Below are positions 18,746 through 28,257 of a stretch of 42,379 nucleotides of DNA, piece after piece (the stretch's first letter is position 1; each line of letters starts with the position of its first letter). Below the pieces are notes generated by a model that searched no databases, was not told the origin of the DNA, and saw only the letters and a list, made by a program, of their open reading frames with translations. Both the position numbers and the translations under genes were made by a program. This stretch comes from Bacteroidia bacterium (lineage in GTDB: Bacteria > Bacteroidota > Bacteroidia > Cytophagales > Cyclobacteriaceae), in the NCBI GenBank assembly GCA_031419815.1, contig JANOLM010000310.1, positions 1 to 42,379 on the forward strand. Direction: 5' to 3'.

Positions 18746-20158
18746 CTAAAAAACAGTTCTAAACAAAAGAAACAAACTGCCGGATAAAATCATAACTACA
18801 GGCAAAGTCAGTAACCACGCGATCAATATATTTCTTACCGTCTCAGGCTGTAGATTTTTGACACCCTTACTCGCAACCATACTGCCGGCAATACCAGATG
18901 AAAGGACGTGGGTTGTGCTCACTGGCCATCCAAAATAGCTAGAAAGTCCAATGGTGCTGGCGGCCACTAATTCAGCACTGGCACCTTGGGCATAGGTGAG
19001 GTGTTGTTTGCCAATTTTCTCTCCAATCGTTTTTACAATTCTCCTCCAACCAATCATGGTGCCGCATCCGAGGGAGAGAGAAATCATAATGATGACCCCA
19101 ATGGGTGCGTAATCTGTTGCCTTCGTTAGACTTTTCAAATGGCCTTCTAAGATTTTTTTATCAGCTTCGCTTATTCTCGCTTCCTCTTTTTCCATAAGGT
19201 CACTCAGATTTCGCGACATGACCAGCAGATCTTTCCGCACAACAAAACGATCCTCTTTTTTAATTTGATCAACGTTGGGGAAGGATGAAAAATTTGCCTG
19301 AAGCCGTTGATTCATGGCGATGGATTCCGCTAACACTATTCGATCCGGCTCGGCCAATGGAGCAGGATCAATAAGAGTTGTAATCATTTCAATCTTTTTC
19401 AAGGGTTCAATCATACTGGCGGTCTCCACTTTTGCATTTAAAGCGAAATAGCCCGGAACAATTCCAATCAAAATTAACATTACCAGGCCAACACCTTTTT
19501 GTCCGTCATTTTGTCCATGAAAAAAACTAACACCCGTGCAGGTAATTAAAAGTATGGCTCTGATCCAGGGTGGAGGTGGGGTATTTTTTTTAGGTTCTTT
19601 AAATAAGTCATCACCGGTTGGGCTTCCCTTTGTAGCATTTCGAAGCAAGAACATTAAGATGATTACCAAGGAAAAGCCAAAGAGCGGAGAAATTAGGAGA
19701 GAAAGACCAATCTTTTGGGCTTGCCCCCAATTGACGGCAACACCGGCAGCACCTGGCAGTAACGAATAGGCAATACCTACTCCAAGAATTGAACCTATTA
19801 GGGTATGTGAACTGGAGCAGGGAATACCCAGGTACCATGTTAAGAGGTTCCACGCAATGGCACTTATTAAAAGCGCGCCTACCATGGAAATGCTATGGGC
19901 CATGTTTTGATCGATTAGCGACTCAACAGGAAGAAGATTGACAATGCCCATCGCTACCGTAATGCCTCCTAAAAATACCCCCAATGAATTCATTAAGCCA
20001 GACCAGACCACCGCCATCCATGGTTTTAGCGAATTGGTATAAATAACGGTTGCAACAGCATTGGCCGTATCATGAAATCCGTTGACAAATTCGAAACCAC
20101 ATGCCGCTATGAGGCACAGCACTAATAAGACTGTGTATGAAAATTCTAACTCGAACAT
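18746..20158 (-). CDS. pit: Inorganic phosphate transporter, PiT family
   Basis: NGFHDTANAVAT, GIPCSSSHTLIGS, HGQNDGQKG and PVSTTHVLSSG signature motifs. Confidence 0.95.
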   Translation of the reverse strand: MFELEFSYTVLLVLCLIAACGFEFVNGFHDTANAVATVIYTNSLKPWMAVVWSGLMNSLGVFLGGITVAMGIVNLLPVESLIDQNMAHSISMVGALLISAIAWNLLTWYLGIPCSSSHTLIGSILGVGIAYSLLPGAAGVAVNWGQAQKIGLSLLISPLFGFSLVIILMFLLRNATKGSPTGDDLFKEPKKNTPPPPWIRAILLITCTGVSFFHGQNDGQKGVGLVMLILIGIVPGYFALNAKVETASMIEPLKKIEMITTLIDPAPLAEPDRIVLAESIAMNQRLQANFSSFPNVDQIKKEDRFVVRKDLLVMSRNLSDLMEKEEARISEADKKILEGHLKSLTKATDYAPIGVIIMISLSLGCGTMIGWRRIVKTIGEKIGKQHLTYAQGASAELVAASTIGLSSYFGWPVSTTHVLSSGIAGSMVASKGVKNLQPETVRNILIAWLLTLPVVMILSGSLFLLFRTVF

Positions 20159-20197
20159 GATTAGAAATTAAAGTATTGATTTAGGTTAAATTTGCGC

Positions 20198-20246
20198 TAA
20201 AGGTAAGGTTCCATACCCCTCCCAATGTTATGCCATTGTTAACAAA
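20198..20246 (-). promoter_or_regulatory. Pho-box-like tandem repeat (TAACA-N6-TAACA) above a -7-like element of pit
   Basis: TGTTA at 20226 and 20237 (11-bp period); minus-strand TACCTTTA at 20205-20198. Confidence 0.45.
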
Positions 20247-20363
20247 TGACCGATGATATTTAGTCCAAGATTATTATAAAATCGACACCGAACCAATGCC
20301 CAAATGAACTTTGGAGCTTCAAATATTCATCACTTTGAGAGCCAACGATTTAGAGTTTTAATT

Positions 20364-20371
20364 TACATTTG
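20364..20371 (+). promoter_or_regulatory. Bacteroidota -7 promoter element for pdeM
   Basis: TACATTTG matches TAnnTTTG, 9 nt before ATG 20381. Confidence 0.5.
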
Positions 20372-20380
20372 TTGGGATTC

Positions 20381-21028
20381 ATGAATATCGGAATAAAAGG
20401 ACAACAGCTAACTATGCTCCCCGAAAAGGCATTAGCGTTGATGTCTTATAAAATTTTATTGCTGGCTGATTTGCATTTTGGGAAGATCAATCATTTCAGA
20501 AAATCTGGTATACCTGTCCCCTCTAAAGCGAACGATCGAAACGCTGAGTTTTTGATCAATTTGTTGAATCGTATTAAGCCCGAACGGGTGATTTTTTTGG
20601 GCGATTTATTTCATAGTCATTACAATGAGGAGTGGGAAGTATTGGGCCAGCTGCTACGTCATTTTTCTGCTTGTCGGTTTGAATTGGTAAAAGGGAATCA
20701 TGACATCATGAGCAAATTGCAATATGAGAGACATCAGATGGAAGTCCATGAAGGGGCATTGAAGGTCGGTCCGTTTATACTCACACATGAGCCTATGAAA
20801 GATCCTGAAAGTGATTATTATAATATTGCAGGCCATATTCATCCAGGGGTTCACTTGTCAGGTAAGGGCAGGCAGTCTTTAACGCTTCCTTGTTTTTATT
20901 TTGGCGAGCGTCAAGGCATCATGCCAGCATTTGGTTCCTTTACGGGATTAGCTACTATAAATCCCAGCAAAAATGATCGGATATTTGTGATAGCTGATGG
21001 AAAAATTTTAGAAGTAGATCAGCGTTAA
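20381..21028 (+). CDS. pdeM: Ligase-associated DNA damage response endonuclease / metallophosphoesterase PdeM
   Basis: ADLHFGK..HFRKSGIPVP, FLGDLFHS, GNHD, LTHEP, GHIHP and PAFGSFTG motifs. ATG 20381 preferred over TTG 20369. Confidence 0.9.
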   Translation: MNIGIKGQQLTMLPEKALALMSYKILLLADLHFGKINHFRKSGIPVPSKANDRNAEFLINLLNRIKPERVIFLGDLFHSHYNEEWEVLGQLLRHFSACRFELVKGNHDIMSKLQYERHQMEVHEGALKVGPFILTHEPMKDPESDYYNIAGHIHPGVHLSGKGRQSLTLPCFYFGERQGIMPAFGSFTGLATINPSKNDRIFVIADGKILEVDQR

Positions 21029-21047
21029 TATTTTGTATTTTTCGATT

Positions 21048-22172
21048 ATGATAAAATCTTTTCTTTGTTTGCTTTTTATCTCTACTTCTGTCTTTGCTCA
21101 AGACACCACGCGTTTGACCCTCACGTTTGTTGGCGATATCATGCAACATGATTCTCAAATTTCAGCTGCGTATGATACGCTTACAAAAGAATACGACTAC
21201 ACCAACTGCTTTCACTATGTAAAACCCTATCTGGACTCTGCTGACTTGACCATTGGCAATCTGGAAGTTACACTTGCAGGTAGTCCCTACAAAGGTTATC
21301 CGCAGTTCAGCGCACCAGATGGATTAGTCCCAACACTTAAGGATGTTGGTTTCGATGTGTTGGTCACCGCTAATAACCATTGTGTGGATCGAGGCCGTAA
21401 AGGTCTGGAGCGGACGATCATGATGCTGGATAGTTTTGATATTTCTCACACGGGCACTTTTGCGGATACGGTAAACCGATTGAATGATTATCCTCTTTTG
21501 ATACAGCAAAAGGATTTTGCATTATACTTACTTAATTACACGTATGGAACAAATGGAATGCCGGTTGAAAATCCTAACATGGTAAATCTTATTGATACAG
21601 CCGTGATCAAAAAGGATTTAATAAAAGCAAGAGAATTTAATCCAGATGCTCTCATTGTATTCATGCATTGGGGATCAGAATATCAAAGCCTTCCCAACAA
21701 GTTTCAAAAAGATATTGCTGATTTCTGCTTTAAACATGGAGCCAAATTAGTGATTGGTTCTCATCCACATGTTTTGCAGCCGATGGAGTGGAGAAAAGAA
21801 ACGGATCAACTTGTCGCCTACTCGCTGGGCAATTTCGTCTCTGGTCAGCGAAAGCGGTATACAGATGGTGGTGCGATGCTGCAAGTAGAGCTTGAAAAAA
21901 TTATACAGCCCGATAGTAGTTCTGCAACTCACATCAATAGCTCCAGTTATCAGTTACACTGGGTTTACCGCACCGCAGGCCACCACAAAAAGTATTTCAT
22001 CCTTCCTTCAGGTGAATTTGAAACTGCTCTTTCAGAAACGGAAGCAAATACAGATCAGCCAATTTTAACTTTGCCTCTGTCAGACAGGCAAACCTTTAAA
22101 TTATTTTTGGATGACTCCAGAGCTCTTTTTAAATCCCACAATTTGAATATTGAAGAGGGAACGATTAAATAG
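21048..22172 (+). CDS. CapA family (PGA_cap) metallophosphatase-like protein, secreted
   Basis: Signal peptide; VGDIMQH, GNLE, ANNH..DRG, HWG.EY, GSHPHVLQP and YSLGNFVS motifs. Confidence 0.92.
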   Translation: MIKSFLCLLFISTSVFAQDTTRLTLTFVGDIMQHDSQISAAYDTLTKEYDYTNCFHYVKPYLDSADLTIGNLEVTLAGSPYKGYPQFSAPDGLVPTLKDVGFDVLVTANNHCVDRGRKGLERTIMMLDSFDISHTGTFADTVNRLNDYPLLIQQKDFALYLLNYTYGTNGMPVENPNMVNLIDTAVIKKDLIKAREFNPDALIVFMHWGSEYQSLPNKFQKDIADFCFKHGAKLVIGSHPHVLQPMEWRKETDQLVAYSLGNFVSGQRKRYTDGGAMLQVELEKIIQPDSSSATHINSSSYQLHWVYRTAGHHKKYFILPSGEFETALSETEANTDQPILTLPLSDRQTFKLFLDDSRALFKSHNLNIEEGTIK

Positions 22173-22177
22173 TTCTA

Positions 22178-22283
22178 GTGTAATGTTAATTGTAATTTGA
22201 CGGTTAATATTTGCGGAGGCTATCTGACTTTACAGTGACTTTTACGATTAACTATTAACATTTCACGGTTAACTTAACATTAG
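22178..22283. repeat. AT-rich inverted repeat with TTAAC heptamer periodicity
   Basis: GTGTAATGTTAAT (22178-22190) vs ATTAACATTTCAC (22254-22266), one mismatch. ACGATTAACT.TTAAC is shared with 35120-35135. Confidence 0.55.
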
Positions 22284-22288
22284 CTTGG

Positions 22289-22368
22289 AAATTCAAAATC
22301 TAAAATTCAAGATTGAATGATTACCTTAGAATTTTCAAGGTTGAACTTTAAATTTTGAATTTTGAACT
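22289..22368. repeat. Heptamer-periodic inverted repeat (AAATTCA)n...(TTGAATT)n
   Basis: AAATTCA AAATCTA AAATTCA A (22289-22310) vs TTGAACT TTAAATT TTGAATT TTGAACT (22341-22368); 20/22 complementary. Confidence 0.75.
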
Positions 22369-22384
22369 TTCTATGACTTCTTTT

Positions 22385-23107
22385 TTACCTTCTTCTTTTC
22401 TTAGCTCCACCTTGCTTTCCGCCACCACCTGTGAATATTAGTCCAATCGAAAATTCAAGCCCCGTAAAATCTATTTTGGCGTCCTGATAGTCTACCTTTT
22501 TTTCTTGATTGGGTCCAGCAAGCATGCCACCGATGTATGAACCCGTCAGTGGAAATTTTGCCTGACTTGACAGGTAGTTTGTTTCAAGAGAAATTCCGAA
22601 TTGATTGGTTACATCGAAGGTAAGTTCAGCACCAAATAAGTATCCAAATCCAGGGTGATTAACATAGTTCAAATCAGAATTAGCCACATCCCAGTTTTCG
22701 TACTTTTTTATTGCCCGATCAATGTTCCCATAATTTAATTTTTGAGCAAAGCCGTAGAAGAAAAATCCACCGCCCTTCAAATCTAATTCTACACCATTGC
22801 CTTTGAATTGAATTACCAATTCGGCCGGAACCAGAATTGTAAAGTTCGGGCCGAGTAAGGGATCTTTGCTTTCGAATGGAAGTCCTTTCAAGTTTAATCC
22901 TGTCATACGATAAAGTGAAGCACCTGTTTCCAGGGCAATGAAACGATTGATATCAACGCCAATGCCTCTAATGGAAAAGGGACTGATAGGAGTAGAAAAA
23001 TATCCATTTTTTGGAATGAAATAAGAGAAGGATAAACCTACATTTTGGGCGACAGCTGGCAATGCCCAATATAATCCTATGACCATCATTAGAAATATTT
23101 TTTTCAT
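22385..23107 (-). CDS. Probable outer membrane beta-barrel protein
   Basis: Signal peptide, alternating amphipathic beta-strands, final strand GLEFSIGLIF followed by a Gly/basic tail. Confidence 0.65.
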   Translation of the reverse strand: MKKIFLMMVIGLYWALPAVAQNVGLSFSYFIPKNGYFSTPISPFSIRGIGVDINRFIALETGASLYRMTGLNLKGLPFESKDPLLGPNFTILVPAELVIQFKGNGVELDLKGGGFFFYGFAQKLNYGNIDRAIKKYENWDVANSDLNYVNHPGFGYLFGAELTFDVTNQFGISLETNYLSSQAKFPLTGSYIGGMLAGPNQEKKVDYQDAKIDFTGLEFSIGLIFTGGGGKQGGAKKRRR

Positions 23108-23140
23108 AGAACTTAAATTAAAATGAATGAAATGGAATGA

Positions 23141-24961
23141 TTAACGCTTGTTGTAATCCGTGAATAAGACCTGCATGTAGGCTTTGCCCCATTTGAGGTC
23201 GTCATCATTGCCGTGTTGTTTGATATAATTTTTGAAGTCAAAGTCATAGATATTCTCGTTTTGTGGATCGATGTACCCATAGCCATTGTGAAAAATATAC
23301 ATAGCAAACGGACTTACATTTTTTGAAAGTATGTTTTTGCTGAAATGAAACTCATCTCCTGTCTGATTGAGTTGGGCTAAAATGGTCTTGGCTATATCGG
23401 TTTGCCCTGCAAAAGTAGTGATCACTGTATCTTTTTTTGTAACTGCCCCACCCAGCCATAACATTGGTATTTTAAAGCGCTCTTTTTCTTTTAACTCTTC
23501 CTGGTTGGGATGACGGTGACCGTGGTCTGCAGTGATAATGATCCATGTATTTTTCCACCAGGATTTTTGCCTCGCTCGCTCAATGAAATCGCCCAGGCTT
23601 TTATCAGCATAAATGCAAGAATTAAGAAATAGTGAGCCCTCATCATTTCCTTTGATGACAGGCTTCATAGGCACATCAAATGGCTCGTGACTGCTTAGTG
23701 AAAGCATGACTTTAAAAAACGGATTGGCTGCGGAATCGCATTCATTCAATAAACGATCAAACACAAATTGATCCTGTACACCCCACTTTGAGTTGTCAAG
23801 GCTTTCATCAAAGTCATCATCTTCTGTGATGTGACTAAAACCGGCCATAGTAACATAGGATTCCATGTTGGCAAAACCTATATCACCACCATATACGAAA
23901 GAGGTATGGTAACCGAGCGAATTAACAACTCTGGGTAAGAAAGGAAGCGATTCTGTTTTGGAAGGATACTTAATAATAGAAGTAAGGGGTTGGGCAGGAT
24001 AGCCGCTAAGGATAGATACAATTCCTTTATCAGTGCGGTCGCCACTGGCATAGAAATTATCAAAGAGCACTCCTTCATGTACTAATCGGTTGATATTAGG
24101 TGTGATGCTGTCGAGTCCGCCCAGTGGCTTGATAATCTTAGCGGTAAAGCTTTCCATCACAATTAATATTATGTTTGGTTTTTGATTGTTAAGAAGCGAA
24201 ATGGGGTTATCTGATTTTGCCATTTCCTTTAACAGTGCTTCTGCCTTTATCGGATCGTAAAAGTCTTTCGGATATTTATGTTGTTTGTTGGAGACAACAC
24301 TTAGAAAAAAATTCCAAACCACATTGATGCCTGCATGGTTGGGAAAAACTTTTGTTTTATGAAAGTATACCACACCCGTATTCAGCGGTGCCACGCTAAA
24401 ACTGCTTCGGATAGGAATGAACAAAGCACATGTAACAAAGAACATCACTATCGCCCATGAATAGTGGATAGAAGGTAGCGGAAGAAATCGTTTTGAAATG
24501 CGGGTATGGTAAACCCAGAGAAATAGAATAAAAAGAGCGGCAAAAATGATTAGCAACAAAATAAGGCTGGAAGTATTTACACTGGCCACACCTTCTGTTC
24601 TCGCATACATAAGCGGAGTGGTATCCATCCGGAACCCCCAATGTTTATACAATTCAAGGTCTGCAACAACAATGGCGATGGAAGTAAAGAGAAGCACGGT
24701 TACAATACTATTATTCAAATAGTAAATGATTTTACTTTTAGTAAATACTGAAGCCGTCAACAGTAAGCCACTAAGAATTAACCAATAGCCTGCCATCGCC
24801 AAGTCCATTCGTAACCCAAGTGCATTGAGTGTTATAATATCAGTAAAGTGAAGAGAAGAAGTTTGGCTGAGGTGATAAAAAAGAAAGACAACCCTGCTGA
24901 CAACAAAAAAAACAATCCAGTATAATCCGATCCACCCAAAAAGTTTCAGTCGTTCCTTCAT
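23141..24961 (-). CDS. LTA synthase family / sulfatase-like membrane protein (phosphoglycerol transferase-like)
   Basis: N-terminal TM helices; PNIILIVMESF, FYASGDRTDKG (catalytic Thr), SSHEPF, YADKSLG and TADHG. ATG 24961 preferred. Confidence 0.9.
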   Translation of the reverse strand: MKERLKLFGWIGLYWIVFFVVSRVVFLFYHLSQTSSLHFTDIITLNALGLRMDLAMAGYWLILSGLLLTASVFTKSKIIYYLNNSIVTVLLFTSIAIVVADLELYKHWGFRMDTTPLMYARTEGVASVNTSSLILLLIIFAALFILFLWVYHTRISKRFLPLPSIHYSWAIVMFFVTCALFIPIRSSFSVAPLNTGVVYFHKTKVFPNHAGINVVWNFFLSVVSNKQHKYPKDFYDPIKAEALLKEMAKSDNPISLLNNQKPNIILIVMESFTAKIIKPLGGLDSITPNINRLVHEGVLFDNFYASGDRTDKGIVSILSGYPAQPLTSIIKYPSKTESLPFLPRVVNSLGYHTSFVYGGDIGFANMESYVTMAGFSHITEDDDFDESLDNSKWGVQDQFVFDRLLNECDSAANPFFKVMLSLSSHEPFDVPMKPVIKGNDEGSLFLNSCIYADKSLGDFIERARQKSWWKNTWIIITADHGHRHPNQEELKEKERFKIPMLWLGGAVTKKDTVITTFAGQTDIAKTILAQLNQTGDEFHFSKNILSKNVSPFAMYIFHNGYGYIDPQNENIYDFDFKNYIKQHGNDDDLKWGKAYMQVLFTDYNKR

Positions 24962-25091
24962 AGTAAGCCACGAAGATAATAGAACCATATAATTTTGTGG
25001 CCTCTTATCATAAAGATGTTATGAAAGCCAGTAAAAGGTATTAATTTTCAGCAAAACAGAATTTGCGTTTAATAGCATAAAACCTTAACAA

Positions 25092-26795
25092 ATGAAAAGA
25101 TATTTTTTGCTTCTCACCATTGCTTTATTTTTCTCTTGTGCAGAAAAGAAGTCTCCAGCAGATATGATCATTCTGGGAGGAAAGATTTACACAGCTGATA
25201 AAAGTAATCCACTTGTTGAAGCGGTAGCTATAGAGGGTGATAAAATAGTTTATTCAGGTCCCTTATCGGGAATAGAAAAATTCAAGGATGAGGAGACACA
25301 AATCATCGATCTGCAAGGCAAGACCATGACGCCTGGCTTTATTGAATCACATGGACATATCATGGGGCTAGGCTATAACGAACTTAACCTGGACTTAATG
25401 ACTGTGAAGAGCTATGATGAGTTGGTGGAGAAAGTGAAAGAGGCAGTTGCGAAAGCCCAGCCTGGGCAGTGGATCGTTGGCCGAGGTTGGCATCAGGACA
25501 AATGGGATAAGAAGCCAGAGAAAATGGTGAAAGGTTTTCAAACCCATCAATTGTTAAGTTCAGTTTCACCAAACAATCCTGTGTTCCTTCGCCATGCCAG
25601 TGGTCATGCAGGTTTCGCAAATGAAAAAGCTATGAAGCTTGCCGGTGTGAATCAACTCTCCATTGAAAAACTGGAGCGCAATTTAGGAGAAGGAGGCGAA
25701 GTAATTTTGGATGAGTTGGGTAATCCAACAGGAATTTTTAATGAACGCGCCCAGGGATTGATTGGTAAATTTATTCCGGATGCCACGGAGGAAACTGATA
25801 TACAAGCTTTAGAACTTGCCATAGCAGCTTGCCTTAGAAATGGAATCACTAGTTTTCATGATGCTGGAGCTTCTCGCGAAAATATTAATCTTTTTAAAAA
25901 ATTTAAACAAGAAGGGAAACTGCAAACCCGACTGTATGTAATGCTGACAGGCTTTGATCGGAATCTGATTTATGAATGGCTTAAGCAAGGACCCGAGATT
26001 GATTCTGCATATTTACTCACTATCCGTTCTATAAAACTTAATTGTGATGGCGCTTTAGGTTCTCGAGGTGCATGGTTGTTAGAACCTTATTCTGATCGAC
26101 CTGATTTTCATGGTATGGCAACACTTCCAATGGACACAGTATTGAAAACTTCGCGTGAAGCACTCAAATATGGTTTTCAGGTTTGCTCCCATGCGATTGG
26201 AGACCGTGCGAACAAAGAAATATTGGATCTCTATGAGACGGCTTTTTCTGAAAACCCGGAAAGATCAAAAGATCATCGCTTCCGTATTGAACACGCGCAA
26301 CATCTTCATCCCAGCGACATTCCTCGATTTGGAAAGATGGGCGTAATACCCGCCATGCAGGCCATCCATCTTTCATCCGATAGAATTTGGGCTATTGACA
26401 GGCTCGGTGAGAAAAGAATTAAAGAAGGTGCTTATATGTGGCAATCACTTTTGAAAACAGGCGCCAAAGTAATTAATGGATCGGATGTACCTGTAGAACC
26501 TATCAATCCAATCGCAAGCTTTTACGCATCCGTTAGCCGTAAAACTTTGAAAGGTGAACCCGAAGGAGGTTTTGAACCTGAAGAGAAAATGACTCGTGAA
26601 CAAGCGCTCATTTCTTATACCTTGGATGCAGCCTATGGTGCATTCGAAGAAAAGATTAAAGGTTCAATAGAAATAGGAAAGTTAGCCGACTTTACGGTGT
26701 TCTCTCAAGACATTATGACTATTGATGAGCCTGAACTTCTAAAGACTGAGATTGTGATGACAATTTTGGGAGGGAAAGTGCTCTTTAAAAAATAA
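25092..26795 (+). CDS. Amidohydrolase 3 family (YtcJ-like) lipoprotein
   Basis: Lipobox FFSC; PGFIESHGH, DGALGSRGA, HAIGDRAN, RIEHAQ, GSDVPVE and GKLADF motifs. Confidence 0.93.
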   Translation: MKRYFLLLTIALFFSCAEKKSPADMIILGGKIYTADKSNPLVEAVAIEGDKIVYSGPLSGIEKFKDEETQIIDLQGKTMTPGFIESHGHIMGLGYNELNLDLMTVKSYDELVEKVKEAVAKAQPGQWIVGRGWHQDKWDKKPEKMVKGFQTHQLLSSVSPNNPVFLRHASGHAGFANEKAMKLAGVNQLSIEKLERNLGEGGEVILDELGNPTGIFNERAQGLIGKFIPDATEETDIQALELAIAACLRNGITSFHDAGASRENINLFKKFKQEGKLQTRLYVMLTGFDRNLIYEWLKQGPEIDSAYLLTIRSIKLNCDGALGSRGAWLLEPYSDRPDFHGMATLPMDTVLKTSREALKYGFQVCSHAIGDRANKEILDLYETAFSENPERSKDHRFRIEHAQHLHPSDIPRFGKMGVIPAMQAIHLSSDRIWAIDRLGEKRIKEGAYMWQSLLKTGAKVINGSDVPVEPINPIASFYASVSRKTLKGEPEGGFEPEEKMTREQALISYTLDAAYGAFEEKIKGSIEIGKLADFTVFSQDIMTIDEPELLKTEIVMTILGGKVLFKK

Positions 26796-26796
26796 A

Positions 26797-26826
26797 AAAA
26801 GTCCCCAGATATCTTCAGGGACTTTT
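26797..26826. terminator. Bidirectional intrinsic terminator between convergent genes
   Basis: AAAAGTCCC-N12-GGGACTTTT with A- and T-runs on both sides. Confidence 0.8.
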
Positions 26827-26844
26827 CTTGCTGTAGAAGGTTAG

Positions 26845-27237
26845 TTACTTAATAAATTTATGGGCTCTTTCCATCAACATATTACGATCAGCCGTAATAG
26901 TCGGATCACTGTAAATACGAGAAGAAAGTTCAGCAACCACACCTTTCTTATATCCTAATTTCTCAGCTATTGTTTCGCAAAAATGAATCTCGCTTTTAAA
27001 TACCTGACCGTCACTTTTCATAAGTTGAATCAGATAGTAGAGGTTTTCAAATTTTTGATCTTCCGCTAATGATGAAAGATCGCCCACGGGTTGCGGGGAC
27101 TGTAACATTTTATCAATCTCTTCTTTTGATAGGCCATTAGACTTGCCAATCATGTGAATAACTTTGGCTTCCTTCTCAGCTACTTTGCTATCGCTGGCTG
27201 CCAGGTTAATCAAAACGTTAAGCTGTTGCTTGATCAT
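26845..27237 (-). CDS. TerB family tellurite-resistance-like protein
   Basis: Duplicated LA.SD..V...E / LMKSDGQV..SE...IAEKLG motif. Confidence 0.85.
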   Translation of the reverse strand: MIKQQLNVLINLAASDSKVAEKEAKVIHMIGKSNGLSKEEIDKMLQSPQPVGDLSSLAEDQKFENLYYLIQLMKSDGQVFKSEIHFCETIAEKLGYKKGVVAELSSRIYSDPTITADRNMLMERAHKFIK

Positions 27238-27347
27238 AAAAAATTATTATTTATATAAAATTACATCCTTTATTATCGAAATTTAATGAAAAAACCGATA
27301 AATCATGCAATGATCAAAAAAAATCTGGCAATGAGTGATTTTGGCAA

Positions 27348-27373
27348 GCAACCCTTATTTTCACCCCTTGTCT
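27348..27373 (+). promoter_or_regulatory. Possible ECF sigma promoter for the GIN gene
   Basis: GCAAC-N16-TGTCT about 20 nt upstream of ATG 27394; resembles the AAC/(C)GTC ECF consensus. Confidence 0.35.
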
Positions 27374-27393
27374 TTACTGCAAAATCTAAAATA

Positions 27394-28074
27394 ATGAAAG
27401 TAATTATAGCGATGTTGATGGTTTGTGTCTCTGTAGGCTTTGCCCAGGCGCAGGAAAGCGAGACACGATCAGTTGATTCTTTTCGTGGCGTAAAATCCAG
27501 TCAGGCAATTGATGTATATCTGAAGAAGGGAACAAAAGAAAGTGTTAAAGTAGAAGTTACAGGCGTAAAGCTCTCAAATGTTATCACCGAAGTTTCTGGA
27601 ACCTATTTAAAAATCCACATGCGTGATGGCAATTATAAAAAAACAAGCATTAAAGTATATGTCACATACGTGAACCTGGCAAAAATCTCTGCAAGCTCGG
27701 CATCCAATGTTTTTTCAGAAGGCCCGATAAAGGCAGAATCTTTTGATATAGATATTTCGAGTGCTGCTTCTGTTGAAGTTAGCCTTGAGGTTAATAATTT
27801 AACAGTAGATGCTTCAAGTGCAGGTGATGCTGTGCTGGAAGGAAAAGCAAAGACGCTTCGAGTGGAGGTAAACAGTGCGGGGGATGTTGATGCTTATGGG
27901 CTTGTGAGTGAGATTGTGCGAGCCAGTGCAAATAGTGGTGGAAGTGTAAAAGTTAGTGTGACAAAAGAGTTGGATGCTCATGCAAATAGTGGTGGGAGCA
28001 TCCGTTACCGTGGTAGTCCTATTAAAACAAATACGGGTGCCAATAGCGGTGGATCAGTAAAAAAATCGAATTGA
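27394..28074 (+). CDS. Head GIN domain (DUF2807) protein
   Basis: Signal peptide MKVIIAML...AQA from ATG 27394; ETRSVDSFRGV and repeated (A/S)SS(A/G)(G/S) beta-helix units, ending SIRYRGSP...SGGSVKK. Confidence 0.9.
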   Translation: MKVIIAMLMVCVSVGFAQAQESETRSVDSFRGVKSSQAIDVYLKKGTKESVKVEVTGVKLSNVITEVSGTYLKIHMRDGNYKKTSIKVYVTYVNLAKISASSASNVFSEGPIKAESFDIDISSAASVEVSLEVNNLTVDASSAGDAVLEGKAKTLRVEVNSAGDVDAYGLVSEIVRASANSGGSVKVSVTKELDAHANSGGSIRYRGSPIKTNTGANSGGSVKKSN

Positions 28075-28101
28075 AAAGATTAACCCTTTAAAATGAGAGG
28101 T

Positions 28102-28257
28102 TCATTTTCTTACTAAGATGCGGGTTGGTTTCAGCGATTTTCCATCTTGTTTATTCCTTTCCCAATTCAGTTGAGCAACTGAGAAATTTTTGATATACGA
28201 AGCGTCTGATCTGTAAATCGAAGCCCAGATAGCTTTCTTTAGCTTGAAGTTCAGCAT
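28102..28257 (-). CDS. Putative 51-aa basic small protein (not in the supplied ORF track)
   Basis: ATG 28257 to TGA 28102: MLNFKLKKAIWASIYRSDASYIKNFSVAQLNWERNKQDGKSLKPTRILVRK. It fills an otherwise empty gap; no homology recognised. Confidence 0.35.
   Translation of the reverse strand: MLNFKLKKAIWASIYRSDASYIKNFSVAQLNWERNKQDGKSLKPTRILVRK

Noticed and set aside
22178-22283. Pho boxes in the capA downstream spacer
   Set aside because: TAAC spacing is 7/14/5 rather than 11, and the spacer is between convergent genes; better explained as a heptamer hairpin.
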